IMG/VR virus record: IMGVR_UViG_3300036978_000226 | Span: 1-31,957 of that record | Origin: a virus | Taxonomy: Duplodnaviria > Caudoviricetes | Direction: 5' to 3' (one strand) | Length of the DNA: 31,957 nucleotides | Part shown: piece by piece, positions 7,218-16,165 of the stretch | Layout: each line of letters starts with the position of its first letter | Numbering within the stretch: position 1 is the first letter of the stretch | Position numbers and translations under genes: made by a program | Notes under the pieces: generated by a model | Seen by the model: only the letters and a program-made list of their open reading frames with translations | Database searches by the model: none | Told to the model about the DNA's origin: nothing

Positions 7218-9529
7218 TTTTCACGCTTCCCTTTGGCCTGAACCTGCATCGCCAGCTTCAGGATGTCGGTCTTGTGGTCCTGTTGCTGCATGTCGCGCTC
7301 ATGCTGCATCCGGACGGCATCGTTCATCTGGTCACGATCCATGTCCATCTGCTTGGACTGCAGGTCTTTCTCACGGTCCAGATCGCGGTTCTCGTCGTTC
7401 ATCTGGTCGCGGCGCGCAGAGATTTCCATCTGCTTGGCCTTGTTCTGCTCACCCATCAGCTTGGCCTGAAGCTCCATCGGGTGCGGGCCAGCTGGGCCAG
7501 CCAGACCCTGCGGTGCGGCGGGTTGCTGTGCCCTCGCCATGGCGGCCTGCGCCGTCATGGTCTTGGCGTCAGCTTCCTGTTTGGCGATCTTGATCTCCTC
7601 GATGCCCTTCATGATCTCAGGCGGCATCTGGTTGCGGGCGTTCTCAGGCTTCAGGAACTGCTCCGGGTTCGACCAGCCGATGGCCTTCAGGGCGGCCTTG
7701 TCCACGGCGACCTCGTCGTACAGGGCCGGGCTTGCCGCCTGCAGCTGCTTCAGGGCCATGATCTTCATGACGCGCTGGGCGTGGCTGGAGGTGTTCGGGT
7801 CGGCCTGAGGCACCAGTTCCACGTCGGTCAGGGCCTGCAGAAGCTTCTCTTCGTCCCACTGGACGCTGGGCTTGCGGTTGCGCTGCCAGAAGCTTTCGGG
7901 GTTCTCACGGAAGCACTTGACCAGCAGCGTGAACTCTTCGGCCTGAGCGGAATGCATGCGCTTGTGGACCGCGTTCAGTACCTTCATGGCCTGCTCGATC
8001 ATCGCCAGCGTCGTGCCGACCGGGGCGTCAGACCGGCCCTCGCCGACCTGAAGTTCGGAGGTGCCGCCAACGCGCATGCCAGTCTGCGCCATGTTCTCGG
8101 TCAGCGCCATCAGGGCGGAAGACGGCTCCTTGTACGGCAGCGGCATGATGGCGTCGCCGATCCGCTGGCCGCCCGTCTTGACCAGTGCGGCACCACCCGG
8201 CGGGACGCGGAACACGTTGGTGTTCTGGCGCGCGCCGCTGTCCGACATCAGGAAGCCGGGGAAGTTGGCGAACATGCCAGCGTCCAGAAGTTCGCGCCAC
8301 GCGGCGGTCACGGCGTTGGTGGTGTTGCCAAGGATGTGCAGCAGGCCGATATCGTAGAAGCCAAGACCCGGAACGAAAGTGTACTTGACGAACGTCGTGC
8401 GCGCTTCCGGCAGGGCTTGGGTGTCTTCATCGTAGTTGCGTACGATACTCAGGATTTCGCGGGACGAGATGTCGATGGTCACCCGGTACGGGATTTCCAG
8501 CCCAGACGGCTTGCCCTTGTGCTTGTGTTCGAACCCCTTCAGGTCCAGTTCGCAGTAGACCTCGTAGATTTCCCGGTCGCGGTCCTCAGGGTTGGACACG
8601 GTGACGGAGATGCCTTGCTGGGATGCCTTGGCTTCCTGCGCCGCGTCGACGGTGACCTCTTTGGGCGTGGAGAGTTCCACGTCGCGGTAGACGCCCAGAA
8701 TTTGCAGGCGCTTCACGGTCGACGGCTTCAGGGTCACCCGGTGCGTGACGCGCAGGGCGCTGGACAGGTCCGTGGCCTTGTTGTTCACGATCAGGTCGTC
8801 GGCATCGACACTGTCAGACGCCGGGCGGTTGCGCAGCGGGCAGAAGTAGACCTTTTTGAACGCGGTGCCTCCGAAGCCCAGCAGGAGCAGCATGCGGTCT
8901 GTGTCGGGGTAGTACTCGCGCGCCGTCGACGTCAGGTAGTGGTTCATGTCCTTCTCAAGGGCATCGGCCAGCTGGTCGCGCTCCAGCGTCGTGCCGTTGG
9001 CGTCGTCCCTGATCTTGACCGGGCCGTCGGTCGGCAGAAGCTCAGACCGGGCATTGGCTTGGAAGCGCAGCACGGCTTCCTGCAGCAGCGGGTGCCGGAC
9101 CTTGGACATGCCTTCGACCGGTGCGCCGTCAGCGGAACCTTGCACGCCGGGAAGCTCGATCTTCAGGCCCAGCAGCTTGATGCCCTGCGCCCGGTCGTCG
9201 ATCCATTCGGTGCGGCTGTCCAGATCGTCCTGCACGCCGCGCATAAGCTCTTCGGTGACGCGGGCCAGTTCGTCCTCTTCAAGCTCTTCGGCGAGGTTGT
9301 CGAACCAGCCCTCCGGACCCTTCTTGCCTTCGGCATCCTCGATGGGTTTGCCGTCGAGAGAGACCGTGATCGACCCGTCGCCGTGGTCGATGCGCAGGAT
9401 GGAACCGTCGGTGTCGAACTCAGGGACGTCGATGTCTTCGTCCGCGTGTTCTACGGTGACGTCCATGGGGGCGATGGCAGCCTCTTCCGGCTCCTCTTGC
9501 AGTCGGATGTTTGGTGACAGGCCGGACAT
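7214..9529 (-). CDS. Portal protein (P22/podovirus-like) with Q/M-rich coiled-coil C-terminal extension
   Basis: 771 aa downstream of terL. Motifs HPLLQEAVLRFQA, G.AFKKVYF, GFYDIGLLH, APVGTTLAMIEQ and VPQADPN are typical of this portal family. GAGG RBS. Confidence 0.88.
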   Translation of the reverse strand: MSGLSPNIRLQEEPEEAAIAPMDVTVEHADEDIDVPEFDTDGSILRIDHGDGSITVSLDGKPIEDAEGKKGPEGWFDNLAEELEEDELARVTEELMRGVQDDLDSRTEWIDDRAQGIKLLGLKIELPGVQGSADGAPVEGMSKVRHPLLQEAVLRFQANARSELLPTDGPVKIRDDANGTTLERDQLADALEKDMNHYLTSTAREYYPDTDRMLLLLGFGGTAFKKVYFCPLRNRPASDSVDADDLIVNNKATDLSSALRVTHRVTLKPSTVKRLQILGVYRDVELSTPKEVTVDAAQEAKASQQGISVTVSNPEDRDREIYEVYCELDLKGFEHKHKGKPSGLEIPYRVTIDISSREILSIVRNYDEDTQALPEARTTFVKYTFVPGLGFYDIGLLHILGNTTNAVTAAWRELLDAGMFANFPGFLMSDSGARQNTNVFRVPPGGAALVKTGGQRIGDAIMPLPYKEPSSALMALTENMAQTGMRVGGTSELQVGEGRSDAPVGTTLAMIEQAMKVLNAVHKRMHSAQAEEFTLLVKCFRENPESFWQRNRKPSVQWDEEKLLQALTDVELVPQADPNTSSHAQRVMKIMALKQLQAASPALYDEVAVDKAALKAIGWSNPEQFLKPENARNQMPPEIMKGIEEIKIAKQEADAKTMTAQAAMARAQQPAAPQGLAGPAGPHPMELQAKLMGEQNKAKQMEISARRDQMNDENRDLDREKDLQSKQMDMDRDQMNDAVRMQHERDMQQQDHKTDILKLAMQVQAKGKREK

Positions 9530-9546
9530 GCTGATCCCTCAAGGTA

Positions 9547-9578
9547 ATGGCTGCCCCGACCATATCAGAGGCAGCCAC
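9547..9578 (-). promoter_or_regulatory. Inverted repeat upstream of portal with an extended -10-like sequence in its loop
   Basis: Minus strand reads GTGGCTGCCTC-TGATATGGTC-GGGGCAGCCAT; loop contains TGnTATGGT. Confidence 0.4.
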
Positions 9579-9583
9579 TGAGA

Positions 9584-9919
9584 TCAAACTTCGTCAATGA
9601 TCATGTAAGCGCCAGCCAAGTAGTTGATCGCGCCCAAGATTTCCCGCTTTGCGGCCTCAGGGTTGCCGTTGTCCAGCATCCCCTGCGCCTCCTGCGACTT
9701 CTTCATGACCTGATACAGGCACCCGGCGGGGGTGCGCAGCATGCGGCTGATCTCCAGCATGGGCTGGCTTTCGAAGCGCTGCCCATTGCCGTGACGCTCA
9801 GCGCCCTTGCCGGTGGATGCCTGCTCCACAGCCAGTTCAAGCACCGCCCGCAGGACGTAGTATGGATCAGCTGTCGATGGCTTCGACTGGTCGATCTGGC
9901 TGCCCTTGGTATTTTCCAT
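9584..9919 (-). CDS. Conserved phage all-alpha protein (GKGAERH...REILGAINYLA family), possibly nucleotide metabolism
   Basis: 111 aa ORF with a recognisable phage motif set; start overlaps the 3' end of dcd. Function is inference. Confidence 0.65.
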   Translation of the reverse strand: MENTKGSQIDQSKPSTADPYYVLRAVLELAVEQASTGKGAERHGNGQRFESQPMLEISRMLRTPAGCLYQVMKKSQEAQGMLDNGNPEAAKREILGAINYLAGAYMIIDEV

Positions 9920-10361
9920 CGTACGATGCCTTGTCTGTTATGCTGTGGAAGACGACTTGGGCGATGCCGGTGCCCGCCGGAATGTGCAGCACCTGTCGCC
10001 CGTGATAGACCAGTTCCAGCGTCAGGAAGCCGCACCAGCCCGGCTCGATCACCGTGTTGAAGACGGACAGCCCGCGCCGCGCCCACGTGGACTTGTCGTG
10101 GACGACGCCGACCAGTTCGGGCGGCATGTGGAACTCTTCCACGGTGGACGCGATGACGAACCGCCCCATGGCGTACCTGCCATCCACCCAGACGCCAGCC
10201 CTGTCGACCGCGTTCTCCGGGTGGAAGATGACATCCTGCTTGATCCGGATGTCGTACCCGGCTTCGGACAGGCCCCAGCTGACGCCGTTCTCTTTGTGCT
10301 TCTGGTCGGCCATGTTCCTGATCGGGGCGTGATCAAAAAGGGTTTCTCCGTTGACGATCAT
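9867..10361 (-). CDS. dcd: dCTP deaminase
   Basis: Motifs GLSEAGYDIRI, HDKSTWARRGL, IEPGWCGFLTLEL, IAQVVF and YDGKYQGQ of the trimeric dUTPase/dCTP deaminase family. Confidence 0.9.
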   Translation of the reverse strand: MIVNGETLFDHAPIRNMADQKHKENGVSWGLSEAGYDIRIKQDVIFHPENAVDRAGVWVDGRYAMGRFVIASTVEEFHMPPELVGVVHDKSTWARRGLSVFNTVIEPGWCGFLTLELVYHGRQVLHIPAGTGIAQVVFHSITDKASYDGKYQGQPDRPVEAIDS

Positions 10362-10561
10362 CTGATCGACCTCAGAGCGTCATTGGCGATCCTGACGCAG
10401 CGCTTCACGGATGCGTTGGCGCGCGGGGTGTCGCACGCCAAGACCTCATGCAGGGCCACGGTCAGGGTGAAGCTGACCCGGCGCTCCCTTGCCAGTTCGG
10501 CGTCCTTCATATCGAGCAGGGCATTCAGTTCCCTTGCCTGTTTCCACGGGTTCTTGATCAT
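10358..10561 (-). CDS. Hypothetical protein
   Basis: 67 aa, translationally coupled to both neighbours. Confidence 0.65.
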   Translation of the reverse strand: MIKNPWKQARELNALLDMKDAELARERRVSFTLTVALHEVLACDTPRANASVKRCVRIANDALRSIR

Positions 10562-10884
10562 CAGTTTATGCTCCTGTTGGTTTCCCGGCGATGCACCCAG
10601 TCGCCATCAGCGGCGGACATGAACGCCATGGTGATCATGCCAAGGAAGCGCTGCGCCCCCTCCGGGTTGTCGAAGTAGATCACCACGCCTTTGTTGTCGG
10701 TGATCATCTTGATGACGTCCTGCGTCCCCTCGTCGAGGGCGCTCTTGAGGTTGACGCCAGCCTCAGTCGAGATCGACGACGTGTTGATGATCGCGACGAA
10801 CGGCATCAGATCGACAGTGCCCGGCGGCTTGCCGATGCCGACGGCGATCAGGGCGTCGTCGTCCCCATAGGTGAAGTAGCTCAT
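10561..10884 (-). CDS. Hypothetical protein (MSYFTYGDDD...)
   Basis: ATG 10884 overlaps the upstream stop (ATGA) with a GAGG RBS; 107 aa. Confidence 0.65.
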   Translation of the reverse strand: MSYFTYGDDDALIAVGIGKPPGTVDLMPFVAIINTSSISTEAGVNLKSALDEGTQDVIKMITDNKGVVIYFDNPEGAQRFLGMITMAFMSAADGDWVHRRETNRSIN

Positions 10885-11069
10885 TCGTTGGCCTCTCGGA
10901 ACATGTCGATGGCGCGCATGGCGGCCTCTCTCTGGGTCTTCGATCTGATCGTGTACGTGGCGCTGATCTCGCTGTGATCCCACAGGCCCTTGACCTCGAC
11001 CGTGTAGTAGATCTCCTCCTCGCTGTCGGTCTCTGGCGAGACGTAGGCGTTGCAAAGCACGCGCGACAT
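10881..11069 (-). CDS. Hypothetical protein (MSRVLCNAY...)
   Basis: GGGAGG RBS before ATG 11069; 62 aa. Confidence 0.65.
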   Translation of the reverse strand: MSRVLCNAYVSPETDSEEEIYYTVEVKGLWDHSEISATYTIRSKTQREAAMRAIDMFREANE

Positions 11070-11097
11070 GTGAGCCTCCCTTTTGTTACCCACAAGA

Positions 11098-11126
11098 AAG
11101 ATATGGGAAATCGTACAACTGGTCAA
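11098..11126 (-). promoter_or_regulatory. Sigma70-like promoter
   Basis: TTGACC-17 nt-TATCTT; the -35 overlaps the terL stop codon. Confidence 0.55.
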
Positions 11127-12766
11127 GCGCTGTACAGGGGCGTCTCGTTGTTGTTGCCGTGGAAGACCTGACCGTCCTCGATCTCCCGCATGCGCTCGGT
11201 GGCCCGGACCAGATGGCCGGTGACCCGGAGGTAGCTCAGGGCCATGCTGACGGTGTCGACCAGATCGTCGTGCGCCCCACGCGGGAAGCTGGCCGTCTGG
11301 CGGATCACCATCTCGGCCCAGTCCTTAGTCGGGGCGAAGACCATGCCCTCGCTGAAGATGTGCTGCACGGCATAGAGGCGGGACGTCTTGTCCAGCGTCT
11401 TGGGGTCGTACAGGATCACCACGATCCCATCGTTGGCGAACACCTTGCGAAGCTCCTGCGCCACGCTGTGACCGGCGGCCTTGTTCTCGATCAGCAGGAC
11501 GTCGACCTTCATGCGGCGGCACGTGTTGGCGGTCTTCTCGACAAGCTCTGCGAACTCCAGCCTGTCCTGCCACGCGTACATCATCATGGCCTTGGGCACC
11601 GGGCCGACGGCCTCTGAACTGTAGCTGCGGGTGATGTCGATCTGGCGTCCATACCGGTCGACCGACCGCGTGGACTGGCTCTCACCGTCGCCGCTGAACG
11701 TGCCCCAGACCGTCAGGGCGCTTGGGTCGTTCTCGGCCTTCTTGGTGTAGGCGGTGTCCAGAGACGCCACCACGAAGTCGATGTCGGGGTACTCTGGGCG
11801 ATCCCATACCTGCCACCAGCTGTCCTTGATGATGCCGCCGCCCCGTGGCTCCGGGGACTGTGCGTATTGCCCAGCGGTCGCGTACGGACCCATGGCGGCC
11901 TCGTCCCGGTCGACCACGTTCTGCGGGAACCGCTCAGGGAACAGAAGCTCGTCCCGCTCTGTGCGCGGGTCTTCATAGCCCAGCAGGGTCGGCGTGGCCC
12001 GCAGCGGGTCGTACCGCATCGGCAGCATGATGTGGTCGTACCCCATGTCGCTGTCGAGGATCACGCCCGACACGTCCCGCTCATGCAGGCGCTGCATCAC
12101 CACCACGATGGCGGACTTGTCCGGGTTGTTCAGGCGGCTGGTCACAGCTTCCTTGAACAAGTTCGTGGCGGTCTCCCGCTTCGCGTCAGAGTTGGCATCG
12201 TCGACGCTGTGGGGGTCATCTATGATCACCCGGTCACCACGGTAGCCGGTGATGCCTTCGAACGCACAGGCCTGCCTGAAGCCCGTGGCGGTGGTTTCGA
12301 ACTTGGCCTTGGCGTCCTGATCGCTGGTCAGCACCACCCGGTCGCCCCAGAGGCCCTGATACCACTCCGACTTGACCAGACGGCGCATGCGCAGGCTGTC
12401 GCGGATGGCGAGGTCTTGGCTGTGGCTGGCGCAGACGTAGCGCATGTGCGGCATGCTGCGCGGCCCCCACTCCCATGCGGGCCAGAACACGCCGATCAGC
12501 AGCGACTTCATGGTGCCCGGCGGGACGTTGACCAGAAGGCGGTTGTAGAAGCTGCCGTCCTCTTCGAACGTCACGCCGTCGGTGATCGCCTCCAGATGGG
12601 AGCAGATGAAGTCGATGTGCCAGCCGTGGATGTAAGGCTGGCCCGGCTCGATGATGTGCCAAGCCATCCGGACGAAGGCCGCCAGAGACATCTCGCAGCG
12701 TTTCTTGTTGATCACCGACAGCAGCGATGACGGGTCTATCGCGACCGGGAGATCAATCTTCCCCAT
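11123..12766 (-). CDS. terL: Terminase large subunit
   Basis: Walker A variant VNVPPGTMKS, Walker B GDRVIIDDPH, VVVMQRLHERD, nuclease motifs SLDTAY..DPSA, IENKAAG and FPRGAHDDLVD. Confidence 0.95.
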   Translation of the reverse strand: MGKIDLPVAIDPSSLLSVINKKRCEMSLAAFVRMAWHIIEPGQPYIHGWHIDFICSHLEAITDGVTFEEDGSFYNRLLVNVPPGTMKSLLIGVFWPAWEWGPRSMPHMRYVCASHSQDLAIRDSLRMRRLVKSEWYQGLWGDRVVLTSDQDAKAKFETTATGFRQACAFEGITGYRGDRVIIDDPHSVDDANSDAKRETATNLFKEAVTSRLNNPDKSAIVVVMQRLHERDVSGVILDSDMGYDHIMLPMRYDPLRATPTLLGYEDPRTERDELLFPERFPQNVVDRDEAAMGPYATAGQYAQSPEPRGGGIIKDSWWQVWDRPEYPDIDFVVASLDTAYTKKAENDPSALTVWGTFSGDGESQSTRSVDRYGRQIDITRSYSSEAVGPVPKAMMMYAWQDRLEFAELVEKTANTCRRMKVDVLLIENKAAGHSVAQELRKVFANDGIVVILYDPKTLDKTSRLYAVQHIFSEGMVFAPTKDWAEMVIRQTASFPRGAHDDLVDTVSMALSYLRVTGHLVRATERMREIEDGQVFHGNNNETPLYSA

Positions 12767-13211
12767 CTGCCTTCAGGCTCTTCTCCAGAGCAGACGCCAG
12801 AACGTCCAGTTCTTCAAGGCTCAGGTTGGACACGTCCAGTCTGCTGGTCATCTGGATCGGGGGCATGTCTGGAGCGCCGCCCACCGCCATCTTTTCGCCG
12901 TAGACCCGTGAGTTCCACTTGCCGATCAGGCGCAGCCTTGTGTCGATGCGGACCCGCTTGTCCGCCGGATCAACCCTTTTCTCGTCGGCGATCTCGATGC
13001 ACTCGTCGGCCAGAGCATGCGTGCCGTCGATCTTCGCGCGCGCGACAAGGTCACTGAATTCGGGGAACTTCCTCTGCCACCTCAGCACCGACATGTAGCA
13101 AGGCATGTCATCAGCCCTGCAGATCACCTTCATCGGCACGCCTTCTGCAAGCTTGTCGAGGATCGCCTCTGCGACCTTGTCGTTGTAATCTGTGGGACGG
13201 CCTGCGGGCAT
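12753..13211 (-). CDS. terS: Terminase small subunit (Sf6-like)
   Basis: GRPTDY..ICRADDMP..VLRW..ADECIEIAD..RVRIDTR..YGEK pattern; directly upstream of terL. Confidence 0.9.
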   Translation of the reverse strand: MPAGRPTDYNDKVAEAILDKLAEGVPMKVICRADDMPCYMSVLRWQRKFPEFSDLVARAKIDGTHALADECIEIADEKRVDPADKRVRIDTRLRLIGKWNSRVYGEKMAVGGAPDMPPIQMTSRLDVSNLSLEELDVLASALEKSLKADGED

Positions 13212-13346
13212 GTTAATGGTCCTTCATTGTCATGCCCGCAACATAGCGCCATCAGTGCGGAATGTCACCATTCGGATACCACACGCCCCAGACACGCTTG
13301 GTCGGGGTCGCCAGCCCCATCTCCCGCAGGAACCGCTCCAGATCGG

Positions 13347-13568
13347 TCATGTCACCTTCCACCCCTGAGATGCGGAGATGCCCCGGATCGCATTCACGAC
13401 AGCCTGCGCCTGCCTCTTGGATCGAATGAGGATGGTTGTCTTTCCATCGTCTGCGCTGACGTAGATCACATCACCGCCACGGGTAAAATCGATAGCCCCC
13501 GCGTTCTCACCGTCGATCACACATGCGTTGCAGACCATAAACAAAGTTTCCTTTTTCACACAACCCAT
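13347..13568 (-). CDS. Hypothetical protein
   Basis: About 70 aa; start may be GTG 13559 coupled to the upstream stop. Confidence 0.55.
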   Translation of the reverse strand: MGCVKKETLFMVCNACVIDGENAGAIDFTRGGDVIYVSADDGKTTILIRSKRQAQAVVNAIRGISASQGWKVT

Positions 13569-13969
13569 CCCATCTCTGCGCTGCGCTTGCGAATGGCTTG
13601 GATCAGCTTTTTCAGCCGATCCACGCTGTCCACAAGAATGGCCATTTCAACCATGGAAAACATGTCCTGCTCGATCAGGACGCCAGATTTGAAATCTCCA
13701 GCTGCGCTGCGAGTGCGGACATAGGTGTTCATGTTGGTCTTTTTGTGCCTGATGACCTCAACCAAATTATCATCGGTCCAATCGGAAGCGTTCATGCGCT
13801 TCTCAACAGCCTTGACCAAAGACCGCGCCATCTTCTCGCTGTCAATCAGGACTTCATCATCGATCAGGTGCCACATCCCTTGGCACACCTTCACGCCGCC
13901 CTCTGCGGCGTAGACATAGATGCGCAGGCCAACACTCTCGTTGCCAATCGTCGTTACATTTTCCGGCAT
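13556..13969 (-). CDS. Hypothetical protein with internal duplication
   Basis: TGATG coupling to sprT with a GAGGAGG RBS. Confidence 0.65.
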   Translation of the reverse strand: MPENVTTIGNESVGLRIYVYAAEGGVKVCQGMWHLIDDEVLIDSEKMARSLVKAVEKRMNASDWTDDNLVEVIRHKKTNMNTYVRTRSAAGDFKSGVLIEQDMFSMVEMAILVDSVDRLKKLIQAIRKRSAEMGWVV

Positions 13970-14607
13970 CACACCTCCTCCCCGACCAGTTGCTCATTGC
14001 AGTCTCCACAGATCAGGTTCGCGCCCTGCTTGGCCCACGCCTTGAAGTCGCATGCGGGACAGGTGTGCTTCACCTTCGATGTGTCTTTTTTCTTCGCCAC
14101 AGCCTCGCGTGCCTTAGTGAAGTACGGCAGGTCAAACCCGGTGGCCTTCAGGTCAGCGCAGGACATCTCAAACGCCCCATCAGGCTCCACGTAGTGGGTC
14201 ATCTGGCGGCCAGTCTGCTTGCCACCGGGTTCGCCCGTGTTCGACGGGATCAGGCCCACTGCCAGCATCAGCTGGACCCACGCACGGTTGTGGTGGCCCT
14301 TCTTGCCGGGCTTGCCGAACTCTTGCTGCTCCAGATGGGTCATCTCATGCACCAGCGTCGACAGCACGGCTTCCAGCGTGCGGTCCATGGTCGCCGGGTT
14401 CAGGGCGATCTCATGCGTCGCGTCGCCATCCTCGCGGTGCGCGAACTGTTCGGCCCAGAAGTAGCCGTAGGCCTTGCGCGACGCCCGCAGGGTGAACAAC
14501 ACCGGCGGCAGGCGATCTTCGAACAGGGTCTTGTTGAAGTGATTGAACGCGCGGTCGAGCGCTTCGTAGGTCTCAGCTGTGGGGGTCTGCCAGTTCATCA
14601 TCATCAT
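13969..14607 (-). CDS. SprT-like zinc metalloprotease
   Basis: FNHFNKTLF, EIALNP, TLVHEMTH..HH (HExxH) and C-terminal CxxC..CxxC. Confidence 0.9.
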   Translation of the reverse strand: MMMMNWQTPTAETYEALDRAFNHFNKTLFEDRLPPVLFTLRASRKAYGYFWAEQFAHREDGDATHEIALNPATMDRTLEAVLSTLVHEMTHLEQQEFGKPGKKGHHNRAWVQLMLAVGLIPSNTGEPGGKQTGRQMTHYVEPDGAFEMSCADLKATGFDLPYFTKAREAVAKKKDTSKVKHTCPACDFKAWAKQGANLICGDCNEQLVGEEV

Positions 14608-14609
14608 CC

Positions 14610-14858
14610 TTAATTTGCGAATTCACGGTGGCGCTTGATGGCCCACTTCTGCAGGTCATCCTCGTCGCACAGGACATAGGCGACGGTCTTCAGGACGTTG
14701 GCCAGACGGGTCTCATTGTGGCCAACGTGGATCACGTGCGGCAGGTCAGGGCGGAAGTCTTCGGGGAACCCGTAGCGTGCCTCGTATTCGAACGTGTGCT
14801 CACACTCGGCTTCGACGAAGGAACCCAGAAGGTTCTGGTATCTGAAAGCGTATGCCAT
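14610..14858 (-). CDS. Hypothetical protein
   Basis: 82 aa; GGGAGA RBS. Confidence 0.65.
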   Translation of the reverse strand: MAYAFRYQNLLGSFVEAECEHTFEYEARYGFPEDFRPDLPHVIHVGHNETRLANVLKTVAYVLCDEDDLQKWAIKRHREFAN

Positions 14859-14903
14859 GGCGCGTCTCCCTGTTGCCTGCCCGACAATCTATACATCGTA
14901 CGA

Positions 14904-15125
14904 TCACCGGGCACAACCGGAATGTGGCCAATCCAACGGTCTATATCCAGAAAGATACGCCTCGATCAGCCGCACCATCCGGGGTGCCGGGTGCCGGTGC
15001 GTCTTGGCCTCCGGGTTGCCCTCCATCCGCCTCACTGACAGGGGGTCCGTGTCAATCATGGTGGCCATCTGGTTGACTGAGAGACCCAGCTTCTGCCGGG
15101 CCTCCTTGATCTGTGCGGGGGTCAT
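14904..15125 (-). CDS. XRE-family HTH DNA-binding protein
   Basis: MTPAQIKEARQKLGLSVNQMA..SVRRME; GGAGA RBS. Confidence 0.8.
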   Translation of the reverse strand: MTPAQIKEARQKLGLSVNQMATMIDTDPLSVRRMEGNPEAKTHRHPAPRMVRLIEAYLSGYRPLDWPHSGCAR

Positions 15126-15137
15126 CTCGATCTCCGA

Positions 15138-15446
15138 TCAAAAGTTGAAGTCGTAGAAGCTGCGGGGTCGGTCTTCCACCACATGCCTGCCGTAGGCGCT
15201 GTGGTAGTGCCCATCCTTGCGAAGATGGGCCTTCATGACGTGGGCATCGGGATCGCTGGTGATGATCCACTTCTGGTCGCTCTGGTTGGAGCAGTGGCCA
15301 GCGAAACCACCCGCGTGCCACACGGGCTTCCAGCTTGGGTCTCCCACCGCCTTCATCGCGCGCACGGTGATCGTGGTCTTGGTCCGCGCGATGATCTCGT
15401 ATGGGCGGACATCGCTGTAGCAGATCAGGTTTGCATACTGGGTCAT
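15138..15446 (-). CDS. Hypothetical phage protein (MTQYANLICYSDVRPYEII...)
   Basis: ATGA coupling; 102 aa with YSD..PYE and C-terminal FYDFNF. Confidence 0.7.
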   Translation of the reverse strand: MTQYANLICYSDVRPYEIIARTKTTITVRAMKAVGDPSWKPVWHAGGFAGHCSNQSDQKWIITSDPDAHVMKAHLRKDGHYHSAYGRHVVEDRPRSFYDFNF

Positions 15447-15751
15447 GCTGAAAACACACGAACAGCTTCGGTTCCGAAGTCGAACGTAAACCCGTTCTCC
15501 TCTTGGGTGGCCACGCACTTCTTGATGAAGTGCAGGCTGATGCTGATCGCCCCGACGCTGTGGCTGCCGTGATCCACGCGGGCTTCGCGCATGGCCGCAT
15601 CGCACTTCCGGGCATCTTCGGGGGTCTCAAAGAACAGGTGGATGACAGTCTCCACCCCGTTCTCGATTGCGATGGACGCAGACCAGCAGCGCTCCGACAG
15701 CTGGCTGCCGGGCACGTAGGTCACCTTCTTGGCGTGGTGAAAGAACATCAT
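15443..15751 (-). CDS. Hypothetical protein
   Basis: AAGGAG RBS after the conserved leader palindrome. Confidence 0.65.
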   Translation of the reverse strand: MMFFHHAKKVTYVPGSQLSERCWSASIAIENGVETVIHLFFETPEDARKCDAAMREARVDHGSHSVGAISISLHFIKKCVATQEENGFTFDFGTEAVRVFSA

Positions 15752-15773
15752 GGTCGTATCTCCTTGGTTGGGC

Positions 15774-15788
15774 GGGGCACCGTGCCCC
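15774..15788. repeat. Leader palindrome copy 1 (GGGGCAC-N-GTGCCCC)
   Basis: Perfect 7-bp arms; about 8 nt upstream of the RBS. Confidence 0.85.
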
Positions 15789-15796
15789 AGTTGGTT

Positions 15797-16063
15797 TCAG
15801 AACGGGAAGTCGGTGTCGGCGTCGATGGGAAGTGAGCGCCACTGCGAGAAGTCAACGCGCGGCTGGTAGGGCGACTTGCCTGCCTCGACCACGACGTAGC
15901 TGTTGTCGCCGCAGTTCTCGTAGTGGGCCTGCGCGATGCGCCCGGCCAGCTTATGGGCCAGAGCCTCGCTGCGGTAGGTCATCGGCAGCGGGTGGGCGCT
16001 CGACCCGATGATGCCGTCGGTGATCTGGCAGTGGGTCGGACGGATTTCAACGATCTGGTACAT
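15797..16063 (-). CDS. Hypothetical protein ending in DADTDFPF
   Basis: CAGGAGACGACCATG start context; 88 aa. Confidence 0.7.
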   Translation of the reverse strand: MYQIVEIRPTHCQITDGIIGSSAHPLPMTYRSEALAHKLAGRIAQAHYENCGDNSYVVVEAGKSPYQPRVDFSQWRSLPIDADTDFPF

Positions 16064-16081
16064 GGTCGTCTCCTGTCGGGC

Positions 16082-16096
16082 GGGGCACCGTGCCCC
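16082..16096. repeat. Leader palindrome copy 2
   Basis: Identical 15-mer ggggcaccgtgcccc. Confidence 0.85.
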
Positions 16097-16106
16097 TGTA
16101 AGAGAG

Positions 16107-16135
16107 ACATTATGTCCAACTGGACATGGTGTCAA
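16107..16135 (-). promoter_or_regulatory. Sigma70 promoter with palindromic operator in the spacer
   Basis: TTGACA-CCATGTCCAGTTGGACA-TAATGT; contains ATGTCCA-NN-TGGACAT. Confidence 0.75.
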
Positions 16136-16136
16136 C

Positions 16137-16152
16137 GGGGGTCGAAGCCCCC
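16137..16152 (-). terminator. GC hairpin after the 16166-16771 gene, immediately before the next promoter
   Basis: GGGGGC-TTCG-ACCCCC; weak U tract. Confidence 0.45.
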
Positions 16153-16165
16153 ATTGCACTTTTTT

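Noticed and set aside
4146-9517. Long plus-strand ORFs (4146-6446, 7274-9517)
   Set aside because: Antisense shadows of high-GC3 minus-strand genes; V/L/G/R-rich with no motifs.
11123-12766. Intein or intron in terminase (also checked primase and helicase)
   Set aside because: Normal lengths, contiguous motifs, no splicing motifs.
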